DNA from: Microthyrium microscopicum
Lineage: Eukaryota
NCBI GenBank assembly: GCA_010405405.1
Contig: MU004245.1
Location: 313,256-377,255, forward strand
Length of the DNA: 64,000 bases
Direction of reading: 5' to 3'
This document shows, piece after piece, positions 23,494 through 36,372 of this stretch. The stretch's first letter is position 1, and each line of letters begins with the position of its first letter. A program made the position numbers and the translations under genes. The notes below the pieces were generated by a model. That model was not told the origin of the DNA and did not search any database. It was given only the letters and a program-made list of their open reading frames with translations.

Positions 23494-25227
23494 ATGGCTA
23501 CTCTAGCATCGCAGCTTGCAAAGTCTCTCCCTAAACCTAAATACACCGGCGATGAAGAAGAACTACCCACCCACACCAAAGCACGCGGTCCACGGATTGT
23601 CGACGCTTCCTCTCTCGACACTCAAGTCGTGCTAAAACGTCGCGGTCCTCCTCCTTACGGGCAGCGCGCTGGTTGGCGGCCGCGATCTGCCGAAGACTAT
23701 GGTGATGGGGGCGCATTTCCCGAAGTCGCAGTGGCCCAGTATCCTTTGGACATGGGCCGCAAGTCAACATCAGCCTCGAATGCGCTTGCCCTACAAGTTG
23801 ATGCGGAGGGAAAAGTCAAATACGATGCCATCGCGCGAAGAGGACATGGGGAAGATCGAATCATTCATTCAAGTTTCAAAGACTTGATACCATTGAGACA
23901 ACGGGCGGATGTAGGCGAGATATCTCTCGAGAGACCATCCGAGGAAGAGGTACAGGCGACCAAGGAGCGGACGCAAGCTGCTCTGGCAGCGCTTGTTTCT
24001 GGCGCTGTTACAGCACAAAAACCAAAGAACGTTAAGGGTAATAGCAGGGATGCACCAACTTATGTGCGGTATACTCCAAGTACTGGACAAATGGGTGATC
24101 ATTCCGAAAAGAAAGAGCGCATTATCAAGATTGTGCAACGGCAACAAGATCCTATGGAACCACCAAAATTCAAACACAAGAAAATCCCTGGCCGAGCCCC
24201 ATCACCTCCACCTCCAATAATGCATAGTCCTCCTAGAAAACTTACAGCGGAAGATCAAGAAGCATGGAAAATCCCACCTCCTGTTTCAAATTGGAAGAAT
24301 CCCAAGGGCTATACCATTGCTCTGGACAAGCGACTTGCTGCTGATGGTCGAGGCCTGCAAGATGTTACAATCAACGATAAATTTAGTCAATTCGCGGAAG
24401 CTCTATATACCGCAGATCGTCATGCTCGCGAAGAAGTCAAACAACGCGCCATGATGCAACACAAACTCGCCGAAAAAGAGAAGTCCATGCGAGAAGAAAA
24501 CCTGCGCCAATTAGCTCAAAAAGCCCGAGATGAACGTGCTGGTGGCTCAATACGTCCATCGCGAGCACGTAGTGGAAGTCGTGGCCGAAGTCGAAGCCGA
24601 AGTGAAGAAAGCTATGCTACAGATAGTGACGAGGAAGCCGAAAAGGAACGCGAGCGAGATCGCCGGGAACGGAAACAGGAGCGCGAGCGCGAGCTACGCA
24701 TGTCGAAAATGGGTGCAGAGAAGCGTATCAAGGCACTGGCTCGGGATCAGGGTCGCGACATATCAGAAAAGGTTGCCCTTGGACTAGCAAAGCCGACTGC
24801 CTCGGCAGAGAGCATGTACGATTCTCGATTATTCAACCAAAGCTCCGGCTTTGCTGCAGGCTTCAACGAGGACCAAGCATACGATAAGCCACTATTTGCA
24901 GCACAAGAGGCTCTCAGCTCTATATATCGCTCTAACGTAGCCGAAGAAGATCCCGAAGATGGAGATGCAGCATACGAGCGGATAACACGCGCCAAACGAT
25001 TTGATGGGTTCAAGGATGCGGCACATGCAGAAAAACGAGATGGTCCCGTGCAGTTTGAAAGAGATCGGGTAATCAAAGGAAGTGTACCCGGAAAGGACGG
25101 TGATGATCCATTCAATATAGATCAGATGATCAGCGAAGTCACAGCCAATCCATCGACCAAGCGTTATGGATTGGAAGAGGGCGGACGAGAGTCAAAACGA
25201 GCAAGGGTGGACGAGGACTCGGATTGA
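23494..25227 (+). CDS. PRP45: Pre-mRNA splicing factor Prp45/SKIP (SNW domain)
   Basis: DGGAFPEV..AQYPLDMG, DPMEPPKFKHKK, IPPPVSNWKNPKGYTIALDKRLAADGRGL, RDISEKVALG, YDSRLFNQ. Confidence 0.97.
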   Translation: MATLASQLAKSLPKPKYTGDEEELPTHTKARGPRIVDASSLDTQVVLKRRGPPPYGQRAGWRPRSAEDYGDGGAFPEVAVAQYPLDMGRKSTSASNALALQVDAEGKVKYDAIARRGHGEDRIIHSSFKDLIPLRQRADVGEISLERPSEEEVQATKERTQAALAALVSGAVTAQKPKNVKGNSRDAPTYVRYTPSTGQMGDHSEKKERIIKIVQRQQDPMEPPKFKHKKIPGRAPSPPPPIMHSPPRKLTAEDQEAWKIPPPVSNWKNPKGYTIALDKRLAADGRGLQDVTINDKFSQFAEALYTADRHAREEVKQRAMMQHKLAEKEKSMREENLRQLAQKARDERAGGSIRPSRARSGSRGRSRSRSEESYATDSDEEAEKERERDRRERKQERERELRMSKMGAEKRIKALARDQGRDISEKVALGLAKPTASAESMYDSRLFNQSSGFAAGFNEDQAYDKPLFAAQEALSSIYRSNVAEEDPEDGDAAYERITRAKRFDGFKDAAHAEKRDGPVQFERDRVIKGSVPGKDGDDPFNIDQMISEVTANPSTKRYGLEEGGRESKRARVDEDSD

Positions 25228-25314
25228 GCTTTCGTTATCTTGTATATTGTTCTACGCGTATAGCTATGCACGTCAAATCGGCCTAACAGGAACATTGCAT
25301 CCGAACCTCAATAC

Positions 25315-28300
25315 TCACCATTTCGGACCCCATTGAGAATCATCGATCTTTTTGAGTAATTTGACCGTCTCTGATTTTCCTTCACTCTCTGCGCACATTG
25401 ACGCTGTGCATCCATCCTTATCCAGTAAACTCAAATCTGCCTTACCTTCGACGAGAAGAATCTTAGCTGTAGAGTCGTTTCCCGTTTTAGCTGCCCAAAT
25501 CAATGCAGTACGCCCGTGCTTATCTATTGAGTCTACCTTTGCTCTCCCTTTTTCGATCAGCAGTAGTGTCATCATGTCCGAGCCCTGACAGACCGCTGCC
25601 ATCAACGGCGTCACCCCATTTTCATCACTCAAATTTGCGTCTGCCTCATAAACTCCTATCAAATATGCGACTACAGTTGAATTGCCGGCTAACACAGCTA
25701 AAAATAACGGTGTGTGGCCCACTGAATTGACCACATTCACATCCACCGCACGAGTGCTGAGAATATCTTCAATTATGCGAAATGAGATACAGTCTCCAGA
25801 CTGGTCAGAGGGATATACCGCATACAAGTCAGCCTGTAGCAGAGCAGCTTCCAATGCAGCTTTGTTGCTTATATGGTAGAGCAACTGCACAACGCTATGA
25901 GACTGCGTGCCAGCTGCACATCCAATTGCTGAACGGCCATTATGTACCACATTAATGTCGACACCTTTATCGATCAAAAGTTCAACCACAGAGCCTGACT
26001 TTCCCGATGCAGCTGCCATGATGGGTGTGTAACCTTGAAACATCCCGTTCGCATCAACACCTGTGGCCAACAGTCGCTTGACGGTCCCTTCCAGCCCGAA
26101 ATAAGCAGCGGATGTTAGGAAGAAAAAGACTTCGGCATTATCTGCCAGGTTGCAAGCACCCGCAGCTACCAGGAGCACACAAAGATCATCGTGCTTAGCA
26201 TTCATGGTGTAAGATAGCACGTTGTAACCACCCTCACACTTGATGGTAACGTCAGCATCCTTACGGAGAACTAGCTTGAAAACAGCCCGATGTCCTCCTA
26301 GAGCAGCATACATCAGGGGCGAACGTCCTCGGTTGTCCTGAGTATTCACCTCAGCTCCCGCCTCCAGCAGAATTTGGACAATGTCCTGATTTCCTTCACC
26401 GGCGTATTCGGACAAAATCGTTTGGCCATTCGGTATCTTGGCCTCCAGATTAGGCATCACTGGTCTTGATCGCAGCAGTTCTTTGAAGGTGTCTTTGCAT
26501 CCTGAGATTTTCGCCCAATGCAATATTGTCCAATTCTTTTCGTTTAGGCCTCTTAATAATGGGTGCCTCCGGCGTACCTTTTCCTTTGATTCTTTTGAAG
26601 AAATCACCCAAGGCACCATTGATAGCTTATGAGGGCACCAGTGAGAGTAGAGGAACTTGGAAGTGCTATAGGATGTCGTCACGACTGGTGCTGTACCGCC
26701 AATACCTTGTTTGGGCTGGTTCAGCCTCTGAAGAGATTCGATTGTGTTGCTTTGCTTAGACTCGCTCGGGGCTTGATCTTCACGACCAAAACTGACATCT
26801 GCGCCGTGATACAGGAGCAGCTTAACCATAGTGGCAGAGCCTAGCGCGGCAGCGATCATCGGCAACGTACGCTTTTCAGGTATGTAGTCAGGCCAATTTG
26901 TGTCGATGTTAACTTCGTCCATGAATGAGCTAACGTCTGTCGTATGAATATAAGCTCCTGCCGTAATTAATTGCTCGGCAATCGCCACATTATTTTTGCA
27001 GACGGCAAGGCATAGAGCACTCATCTCTTTGTACTTGGTGTCGAGACTGATTCTTTTTGTCTCAAGTAATGTCCTAACCACCGCTTCGTGTTGTTCACGG
27101 ATAGCCCATAGAAGAGGCGGCCATGTACAATGACCACCCACCGTTGTAAGATCTTGCTCACCTTTCTGTATCAACATATGCAGTACTGAGTCAAGCCCTT
27201 TTGACGCTGCAAATAGCGTAGCCGTCTTCTTCGGGACATAGGGGTAAAACCGACCAATATTTGTAAGTTGCGGGTTGCAAAGCTGATACGCATCGGAAAC
27301 CGTGTCTTTATGACGATGAGGTTCGCAATTCACAAAATGTGAGATCCAGTAGCATATTGCGTAATCGAAAAAAGCCGACATTTGGGCCCCTTTTGTGAGC
27401 TCGTGGTTCTCCGAGTCGCACTCCCATTCTGACCCAGCAGAGTCGTATTCCAGCTCCCAACTCGCTGCAATATTGTCCTTACCGAATTCCTGATCATCAA
27501 CCAACGGCATCTCGGCATAGACTAAGAGAAGAGTTTTCATGCATGCTCTCAGTATTGTAACGTCAGCTTCTCTTTGGGGAAACGTTGATTTCCAGGTAGA
27601 TACTTGAGTATTGCCAGCGTTGACGTCTAATGTTGCATTATCCTGTGTATCGGATGTCAAGAATTCCTTAGCAGTTTGATGAAGCAGATATACATGCCCA
27701 TCAACAATGTTGATGAACAAGCCGCACGTATTTCGAACCTTCGCTCTAAATGTTTCCGGCTCGTCCATTTCAACATCGAATGAAAAGTTAAACTTCTTGG
27801 CAGTTCCCTGTTTGACGTGAATCTGATTCTTGGCTATTTTCAAGGCGAAGTCTAGTTCCTCTGATGCCAAAGGTCTGTCCGCTGCAAGTATAAGATTCAT
27901 CATAATTCTCGCTTGAAAATGATCCGTCACTCTGGCCAAGATCTTCTCATATGCGTCATCAACCGATTTTGGTAAAACTGCAATAAGTGATGCCAAGCTG
28001 GAGTAAGACGACTCGAGTGAGAGGATCATCTCTTCTATCATCAAGTAAGCCCAGAGATAGGTCTTGTTTTCCATGGCGATCATGTTTTCAACGAGGTATT
28101 TTTCTGCTTCAGGTGAGATTTTCAACGAATCGCGAACATCAATCATTCGTTGTTGGATCATGATGTTTATCTCTTTGTTGATCTGAGTAGATAACAAATC
28201 ACCGTCCAGGTGAATCGAGTTCAATATCGATCCAAACTTGAACTGAATTTTCTGATATGGCCGCCCAGTGAGGATGAATTTGAGCGTTCCTTTCAAGTCC

Positions 28301-30224
28301 GTTCGTGCTGAATAGAAGTCCCTCACAAGTTCTATCAATCTGTCTCGTTGCAGTTCCTGATTTTGGCACTCGTCTAGACCATCCATGACAACTATGATAA
28401 GCCCAGCAAGCGGATCGCCAGCGACTTCTAACAGCGATTCCCATAGAGCCGATAGGCTGTAGTTCTTCCAATATAACTCGCATAATCGCGTGACCAGGGG
28501 AATTAATTTGTGCTTCTGCAGGCATATCTGATGCAATAGGGACATAAGGGCATTGGCTGCGCTCCCTCTAAAACGGTCGTCCTTGAAAAAGTAATAGCAC
28601 ACTGTGGGTGGAGCCACAAATGACTGCGCACTGGAGGATGATGCGTAGAGAAGTTTCTCGTCGATCAATGCTCTCATCAGAGTTGATTTGCCACAACCAG
28701 GGCCTGCAGTCACCCAAAGAACATCGGAAGTAGTGCCTTGACGCCAGTCGACGAACTTTTCGTGACTTGTCAGCCAGTGACATGTTCCTGGCGTGCGTTG
28801 AGGACTGAGATTCTTCAGTGACTGGTGGTCGAATGCGAGATCTCCCATACATTCTTGTTCTTCTTCACTCAGAGCGGTGGCTGAAGAAGACTCAACCATC
28901 TCTTTCAAGCGGCCAGCAACAAGCACAAAGCTAGGATCAGTACGTCCCCGAAACTTGTTCATCATGGCATGACGGACATCCAGTGGGAACTTTGGATGGC
29001 CGTCAATGCAGGCAGATTGTTCATCCACAAGCTAAGAACACTATTTAGCACTGTAACTTGAGGTAGCATGCACCCCAACCTACTAGCATAAACCTATCGG
29101 GAAACAGGCCCCAAAAAACTGCTTTCGAGATAGTGGTTACACGAGTCTCATAAAAGCAAATGATCTGGATTGGTCGTTTCCTCCGCACTACAAGTCTCGC
29201 AAATTCCTCAAGCAAACTCTGAAGTCGGCTTGAATACTCTGTCAAATCAGCTAAGAGCAAATTCGATGCTTCCGTGCCAATGAAGACACTGGAAAGCATA
29301 TTCTTCCATATTGCAGGTCTGGCCGCTGCGGAGCCTCGTAAGGGTGTTCCCAAGAAGATAGCACCAATGGTTTGATCAAGCAAGTCCCTTGACTTGGAGG
29401 CCTGATCCGTTTCATGGGAGGCTTGCACAAGCGCCTACATTCAGTCGTTAGTTATGTACCTTCCAAACGATGCACAAGATGAACGGCATGCCACCATCAG
29501 CTTTTTTGGGTCTCAGTGACTACGCTGTGCCCTCGGCCAGCTTTTTCCCGTGGAACCACGTAAAAGAGCTGCTGGATATCGAGCACGATAGGGATTAGAA
29601 GATATGCTTTGGTGAGGTGCGGTGGCAGACCTCATGCTCGGTCGAGATTTGCAAGTGAGTCCATCGATCTTATGCCTTCGTGGTTTGAAGAGCCGAAAGA
29701 GAGGAGCCAGGCATGTATTGATAGAGAAACATATGTCGAGAGTATAAATAGTAATATTGCGCCGAAATCTTGACAAAACACCCGTAATTGCAGTTTCGTG
29801 CTGGTATGTCAACTTACATCTGCTACAACAATGCCACCAAAGCACGACCCGATGAACAGTATCTCTCTTCCTCTAAGCTCCTCAAAGTTGTCTTTGAGGT
29901 GAGACAAGAAAGTGCTGGCCAATCCAGAGAGCGTAACTTGCTGTGCGTTGTCAGAATAATTGGCGTTATAGTCAAACGTCCATATTCTGGCGGTTGGAAT
30001 AGCCAGTGGAAGCATATCAAAATCTTTAAGCCAGTTTACTGCACGGCCTCTAGGTTCAGTCTCGAGACCGTGAACTGCGATAATACTGCCTTGCTGTTAG
30101 TAAATGTTGACTTGCTAATGTAGAATACGAACTCCATGGTAGTATTGTTCTCCACACCGGGCCGGGGAAATACAGGACGAAGACCAAGCGGCCTTGAGGC
30201 AGGCAACGGGGACCCATCGGTCAT
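25315..30224 (-). CDS. Fungal NLR-like protein: SesB/PGAP1-like alpha/beta-hydrolase + NACHT NTPase + ankyrin repeats
   Basis: Introns 30086-30132, 29435-29817, 29032-29083 join DIIAVHGL..NWLKD.DMLP..ARIWTFDYN..FIGSCFGGIVV..IFLGTPLRGS..CFYET to Walker A GPGCGKS, Walker B MDGLDEC, YLW, HQTAKEFL and many ankyrin motifs (GRSPLMYAA, GHTPLFLAV, GVTPLMAAV, GRTALIWAA). Confidence 0.9.
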
Positions 30225-30817
30225 TATGATGTCTCCGGGACTGTCTCGACCTTGCGGAGCTGACTAGGAAAACGACGGAAGCAAGTAAACAAGATCAAGG
30301 CGACTGATGGCACAGTAACCAATGGAATCACAAAGTGTCTGAAGATCTTCGAGATTCTGAAGGCGTCTTCATCAATTTGAGAGCCACTAGAATGTATTTG
30401 CTGCTTTCAAAGCATGTCAGCGACCAAATGAATATGGGATGACTGAACAAACTCAAAACTGGCAGAAGGTGGCATTTGTTCTCAACTCCTTGTTGAACGA
30501 CTATTTGATTGCCAGCAATAGATGCTTCTTGTGCTTTGATTAATTGCGATATCTTTGCTGATGGTCCTAATCAAGTACCAAAGTGTCTGGTCGATTTTCG
30601 ACCTTCAACAAACTCCGCGATATTTGCTAGACCTCAGTGTTGCGGATGACATGTTTGCGATCCTGTCATTGTTCACTTCCACTTCAACTGCTTTCGTCCA
30701 CTTTTCGATGCTCTACCCGTCTACCTTAAATATTGACTTCGTGGTAGCAACAGAACTGGCTAAAGTAAAACTGAGGTTGTCTCAAGTTATTCTATTGAAA
30801 AAAATACCACACTAACA

Positions 30818-31890
30818 ATGTTGTTGATCAGCAAGGATACCGAGTTAAACAAGGACCTTACCTTGGTTGCTTCAGGATCTTCTTTTGCTCTTCGACGTTC
30901 CGAGACAACAAGTTCCAAATGCCTCCCAGGTCAGGCTCGAGTGCAACTAGACAATGACAATCTCGCCGACTACCTCCGCGACGCTTTTTGTATCCCGAGT
31001 CTAGACAAAATTGGATCATACCTACGGCTTGTCAGTTAAACAGGAGTTTGCGACTTAGCGCTAAAAACAGCATCACTAACCGAAGGAAGGCATTTACCCC
31101 CGACTCGAGGCATATTTCCGCTATCCACCAGCAAGCAACTCGGGGTCGAGAGATCATTGTCGCTGAAAACCCATATCTACATCTCGTCTGGTATTACGAC
31201 CGCGTTTTCGTCAAACCAATACCACCTTACCTGCTCTCGTCCGCTTTCTGGGAATACATGAGACAGACAGACAAAGACCTATGGCAATCAGCGGCTGGAT
31301 TCATGCGGACTTATGCACATCTCATCAAGTACGAAGTTGACTTTCGGAAAGCGCAAAGCAAAAAGCTTGGGTTGATACCAGCTGACGATGGCAAAGACAC
31401 CATCACCTACGAGAGGTTTTCCAGATTCATAGCCCCTTTTGCGGACCTTCCAGATGATCAAGTGGCACAGCGGTATCATTACGGAGAAATGCGTCTCACC
31501 CGGCTAAATTGGTTTGCGCGGATCTTTCTGGGCAAGCTGACTTATCATCATATTCATGCTCAGTGGCATGATTATTTTGGTCGATTTCTCGCGCCATTCT
31601 TGACAGTATTTGCAATGTGCTCGATGATTTTGGCAGCAACGCAAGTCATCTTGTCCGTGGAAAGGGCACCAGAAATTACTGGAGGCTGGCAAAAATTCGC
31701 GACGGTGGCACTTTGGTTTTCGGTGCTAGTCATCGTTCTTGTCATGGTGCTTTTCGCGTTCATCGTGGCTTTGGCAGCGTTCATGTTCATCCATGATCAG
31801 CTTTTCGCCTGGAAGGTTAGACGCCGGAATCAAGGCCGGCAGCACATGGGAGTTGGAATAGGGGAAACCATGAAATCGGGCGTCGTCTGA
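30818..31890 (+). CDS. DUF6601-like fungal protein with two C-terminal TM helices
   Basis: Intron 31031-31089; HQQ..RGREI..E.P.LHLVW..DRVFVKPIP.YLLS..FW, GFMRTYA.LI..E.DF..A, RY.YGE.RLTRLN motifs; hydrophobic C-terminus. Confidence 0.8.
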
Positions 31891-32052
31891 ATTTTGCCTC
31901 GTCACTCTCCACAAGAACTAGAAGAATCACGAGATTAGTCCACAGAGAGATTATAATTCAATGAAAACGTTATTGCATTGATGTCATTTCAGAGGCCTTT
32001 TCGCAAGCGCTGATTACAAAGTTCTTGATACCGAACTGGCTGAGGTATATCT

Positions 32053-32663
<611 letters not shown>

Positions 32664-33014
32664 GTAGTCAGCAACAGTAAATGGACCAGGCTAGAATTTA
32701 CCCTGTTGTCATCACATCAACGGATTATCGCATCACATCTGATTGCGCGCCGCTCCCAAAGGGGAAGTAGCGATGACGCAACTGCCGATCTGGCCGACAG
32801 CGCTTCGGCCCGATGGATCGCCTCTGAATTGCCGAGACCTTTACAGGGTGAGATGAGCGACTTCAGACGCTTCATGCTCCTTCAATCAGCAACCATCAGG
32901 CACCAATTTCTCGGCTCTTGCTTTCTCGTCCAGCTAGCTCTCTGGCAACTACACACTTCGAGATACAAACGATGATATAACTACTCGAAAGCTTTTCCAG
33001 TCAAGAAGCAAGCC

Positions 33015-35000
33015 ATGGCGGTTCCCGTCGGTTCCTCCATATTCTACGCCAGTTCTCTGGTAGTAATCGCGCTCCTCGTCCTATTACTACTTCGATACTA
33101 TCTTCCCTTGCGAACTACACCAGCGTACATACTCGTACCAGTCTTTCTAGCCGTCGCCCTTCCGGCTAATCTCATAATACTCGTTCCCATAGACCTCGCC
33201 TCCAATCCCGCAGACAACGGCCGACCTCATGGAATATGGCTACCAGATCGCGCGTTACTAGTCGCATGGAGGATCAGCTACTGGCTCACATTTGCTTTGA
33301 CATGGCTTTTATTACCAATAATAGGCGAATATGTTGATTCGGGCGATCGGGAACCAAAGGACAAGCTGTTATACTCTTTGCGATCCAATGGCCGATATCA
33401 TCTCACAGTAATCGGTGCCGGAATACTTGGGGCTGTATATTTTATCATTGCAGAAGGTTTCAATTTTGTGAGCCTTAAAGCTCTAGTCATGGCATTGGCG
33501 TATGCTTGGGGATTGATTCTTGCTATCTATCTCATGGGACACGGACTTGTAGCCGTTCCTCGAAGGGTAATGCGCGATGCCGACACCGGACGGAGGTTGA
33601 AGAAGTTACAATCACAGGCACCCAAAGCATACGAGAACCTCATGGACGCGTCGGACGAACTGCAAAGCTATGAACAACAGGTCGATCAGCTCAAACAACG
33701 ACAACATGGCGGTACCGCCAAGAACTATAGTGAATGGATCAATGAGCTGACCGATTTGACAAGTATTCCGGAATCACGAATATCAATCGGAGCTACTCTT
33801 CCAACATCTCGAGGCGCTGTTCCTCAAGTCATCACGCCGCGATATCTCGCAGATCTGACCAGGAAACTGAAAAGAGCCAGACACCGACAATTGCGGTATG
33901 ATGCCGAGTGGCAGGATCTTCTCACCTCTGTTATCCGGGCTCAAGCTATTCTGGATGCTAAGCCCTCTGGACGACTTGTGTTTCCCGACTCGAGAGGATA
34001 TATCTCTCCTATTATTCGATTCCACCTACACACCAATGTCCTCCCCGTTGTGTCATATATCGGTGCTGGCATTCTCTCACTGGCATCTGTGTCCATCATT
34101 TGGTCAGAACTGACAAAATATTTTATTCCCGGAATATCCCTAGTCCGAGTCACTATAATTCCCACCTCTGCCGAACGCGTCAGCTTTTTTCCATCTCAAA
34201 TATTTGCCGCCTTTTGGATAACATACATGTGCGTCTGTGCATTATACTCAATCACCGTACTTCCAATTTGGGGTAACAGAGCCTTGGTATATCGAACAAC
34301 ATACCTCGAATCAGCCACCTGGTACTCTGGCCAAGTCGCAAAGCTCACTGTCCCTTTGGCCTACAACTTCTTAACGTTTCTGCCAAAGAGTGTCCGTACG
34401 AACACCATGTTCTACCGCTTCTTGGGTGAACTTGTCGACTTGACCCCGCTTGGTCGAAACTTTGATGGCTTCTTCCCAATACTCTTGCTCATTCCCGTAC
34501 TCGCAGCATTGTTCGGCTTGTATGGTCGGATCCAGAAAGCCTTTGGCTTTGGCGATTGGCTTAGCGAGGATGATGAGCAAGATCAATGGCGTGAAGGCAA
34601 GGTTCTTATTGATCGAGAATTACGCGAAAGAGGGTCTCACCGTCTTGGTTTGGGACTAACAGACTCACCATCTCGTGGCAGTTTTGACACTGATCGTCGC
34701 GCGCTACTACCAGCGGCGTCAAATCGGACTCCAATAGCCTCATCACGACCTACTCGGCCAGCTCGAAGTGAGCGTACACGTTTAGTCTCTGCTCTTGGGG
34801 ACGAAGAAGAGCCAGAAGGCAACTTCTTTGGCAATTTCGCTCATCGAGTACGAAATACCATCGACTCTGTTGAACGACCTGGCTGGTTACCGGATTTTAC
34901 GAGTGGTGGCCGACGACAAGCTTCAGGCGATGAAGATGGCAACTGGGACTGGGGTCGTGTATTCGGTGGACGACAGACTGAAGGACGTGTACGACTTTGA
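33015..35000 (+). CDS. LMBR1-domain membrane protein (LMBRD2-like)
   Basis: 661 aa intronless; LVPIDL, WRISYW, EYVDSG, MGHGLVAVPR, LTVPLAYNFL; multiple TM segments. Confidence 0.9.
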   Translation: MAVPVGSSIFYASSLVVIALLVLLLLRYYLPLRTTPAYILVPVFLAVALPANLIILVPIDLASNPADNGRPHGIWLPDRALLVAWRISYWLTFALTWLLLPIIGEYVDSGDREPKDKLLYSLRSNGRYHLTVIGAGILGAVYFIIAEGFNFVSLKALVMALAYAWGLILAIYLMGHGLVAVPRRVMRDADTGRRLKKLQSQAPKAYENLMDASDELQSYEQQVDQLKQRQHGGTAKNYSEWINELTDLTSIPESRISIGATLPTSRGAVPQVITPRYLADLTRKLKRARHRQLRYDAEWQDLLTSVIRAQAILDAKPSGRLVFPDSRGYISPIIRFHLHTNVLPVVSYIGAGILSLASVSIIWSELTKYFIPGISLVRVTIIPTSAERVSFFPSQIFAAFWITYMCVCALYSITVLPIWGNRALVYRTTYLESATWYSGQVAKLTVPLAYNFLTFLPKSVRTNTMFYRFLGELVDLTPLGRNFDGFFPILLLIPVLAALFGLYGRIQKAFGFGDWLSEDDEQDQWREGKVLIDRELRERGSHRLGLGLTDSPSRGSFDTDRRALLPAASNRTPIASSRPTRPARSERTRLVSALGDEEEPEGNFFGNFAHRVRNTIDSVERPGWLPDFTSGGRRQASGDEDGNWDWGRVFGGRQTEGRVRL

Positions 35001-35177
35001 AGATAATCAGGTACGCCTAATTGGTGGTAGCATTCTGTTTTGGATTTTAAAGCCAGGATCACATCGATTCTCTCACGTTAGTATGATAGATTATACCCAA
35101 GCACATTACTATTTGAACAAACTTATTTCTATTAGAAGCCTCAAAGATACGGACGTGACCTCCAACCGATCGTTCAT

Positions 35178-35292
35178 CAGTTCTAGAAAGGAATCGTTTG
35201 CGGCGAATAACCAGTTCTACTTGTATTCCAGTTCCAGAGAAGAATCATTTTCAGCAAAGAACCAGTTCCGGTGAAAACTTCAGTTTCACCGG
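35178..35292. repeat. Two imperfect 51-bp-period tandem copies followed by a perfect 9-bp inverted repeat (CCGGTGAAA..TTTCACCGG)
   Basis: CAGTTCTAGAAAGGAATCG..AACCAGTTC at 35178 and CAGTTCCAGAGAAGAATCA..AACCAGTTC at 35229; hairpin 35268-35292. Confidence 0.75.
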
Positions 35293-36372
35293 CCCTTGAG
35301 CTCTGTCCACGGCTCATTTTCTAAATCAAGAGCAAAGTGGCAAGAACAGCGTCATAATCTGAATACTTGGAGCAAGCTGAGGTGTTAACATGACATAGTG
35401 TCAAAGCAACGTCTTATACCCGACCACATTCGGCACAAAGGTCCTTTATTGGGCGTGGACATCCGTCCTGTTCTCGGCAACTGTACTCGATGGGTGCGTT
35501 GAGCTTATGTTGTGATAGTGCAAGGGCCAAGAGACTGGCGTACCACGAAACTCAAGTCGCAAATTCACAAGCTATAGCTCAGCACACTTGAAGCTCTGGT
35601 GCCTGCATTAGAAGTAAGAACCTAAGCTATGGTTTCAGGATGAGCTGTAGCTTCAACTGGCAAAGACATGCTTACTATATCAGTGTAGTCAAGCGAGTTC
35701 TTCAACTGGCAAAATCTGCCGCGTTCTGAATGATTTATCTGGCTCTACCGTGTGAATAGTTTGGTTGACCAGATCAAGTCCCCACTTTGATATCATCTTG
35801 AGCAGCCGCAATATCTTGTGCTGAAAGCCTATGATGAAGGACGCCGGTGACTCGCCGAGTGGAACGAAAATGTCACCATCAACCATATCTGATTGCCGAT
35901 GTGGGTCGCCGTGTATTTCGCCATCTACTCTTCTGTGGCGACTAGGAATCATCTCACTTCATACACGGATGAGCTTCAAGTTCGCCAACTGCTGCACTTC
36001 AACACCATGCCAATGCGCTTGGCTCTTTCATTTGGTTAAGTTTCAAGAATCAGCTATCATTTACTAGCTATTTCAGCCTGTACCAGTTTTACGCACACCA
36101 AGAGCCTATCAACCGCTAAACTGATTTACGGCCCAAACTTGTTTGCTGGAATCCGTTTGAAGAAGGAAAATGGTTCCAGAACTTCGTGGTATGCCAACCG
36201 CACACTCGCTTTCTCCATCGCATGGCTCGGTATTTGGGTCTTTCTAATTCCATTTTTAGCTCCCTCGTCCTCGAGCGCCGCAAGCGCCGACAGCTCTATC
36301 GCTTGCAGTGTCAACAGCGAGAAGGGCCTGATAGACGACTATTCGAAGACACCGTACGCCGAGGCCAAATCC

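Noticed and set aside
25315..26460. Ankyrin repeats as a high-identity hypervariable array (HET-type allorecognition)
   Set aside because: Repeats are strongly divergent at DNA and protein level; no sign of concerted evolution
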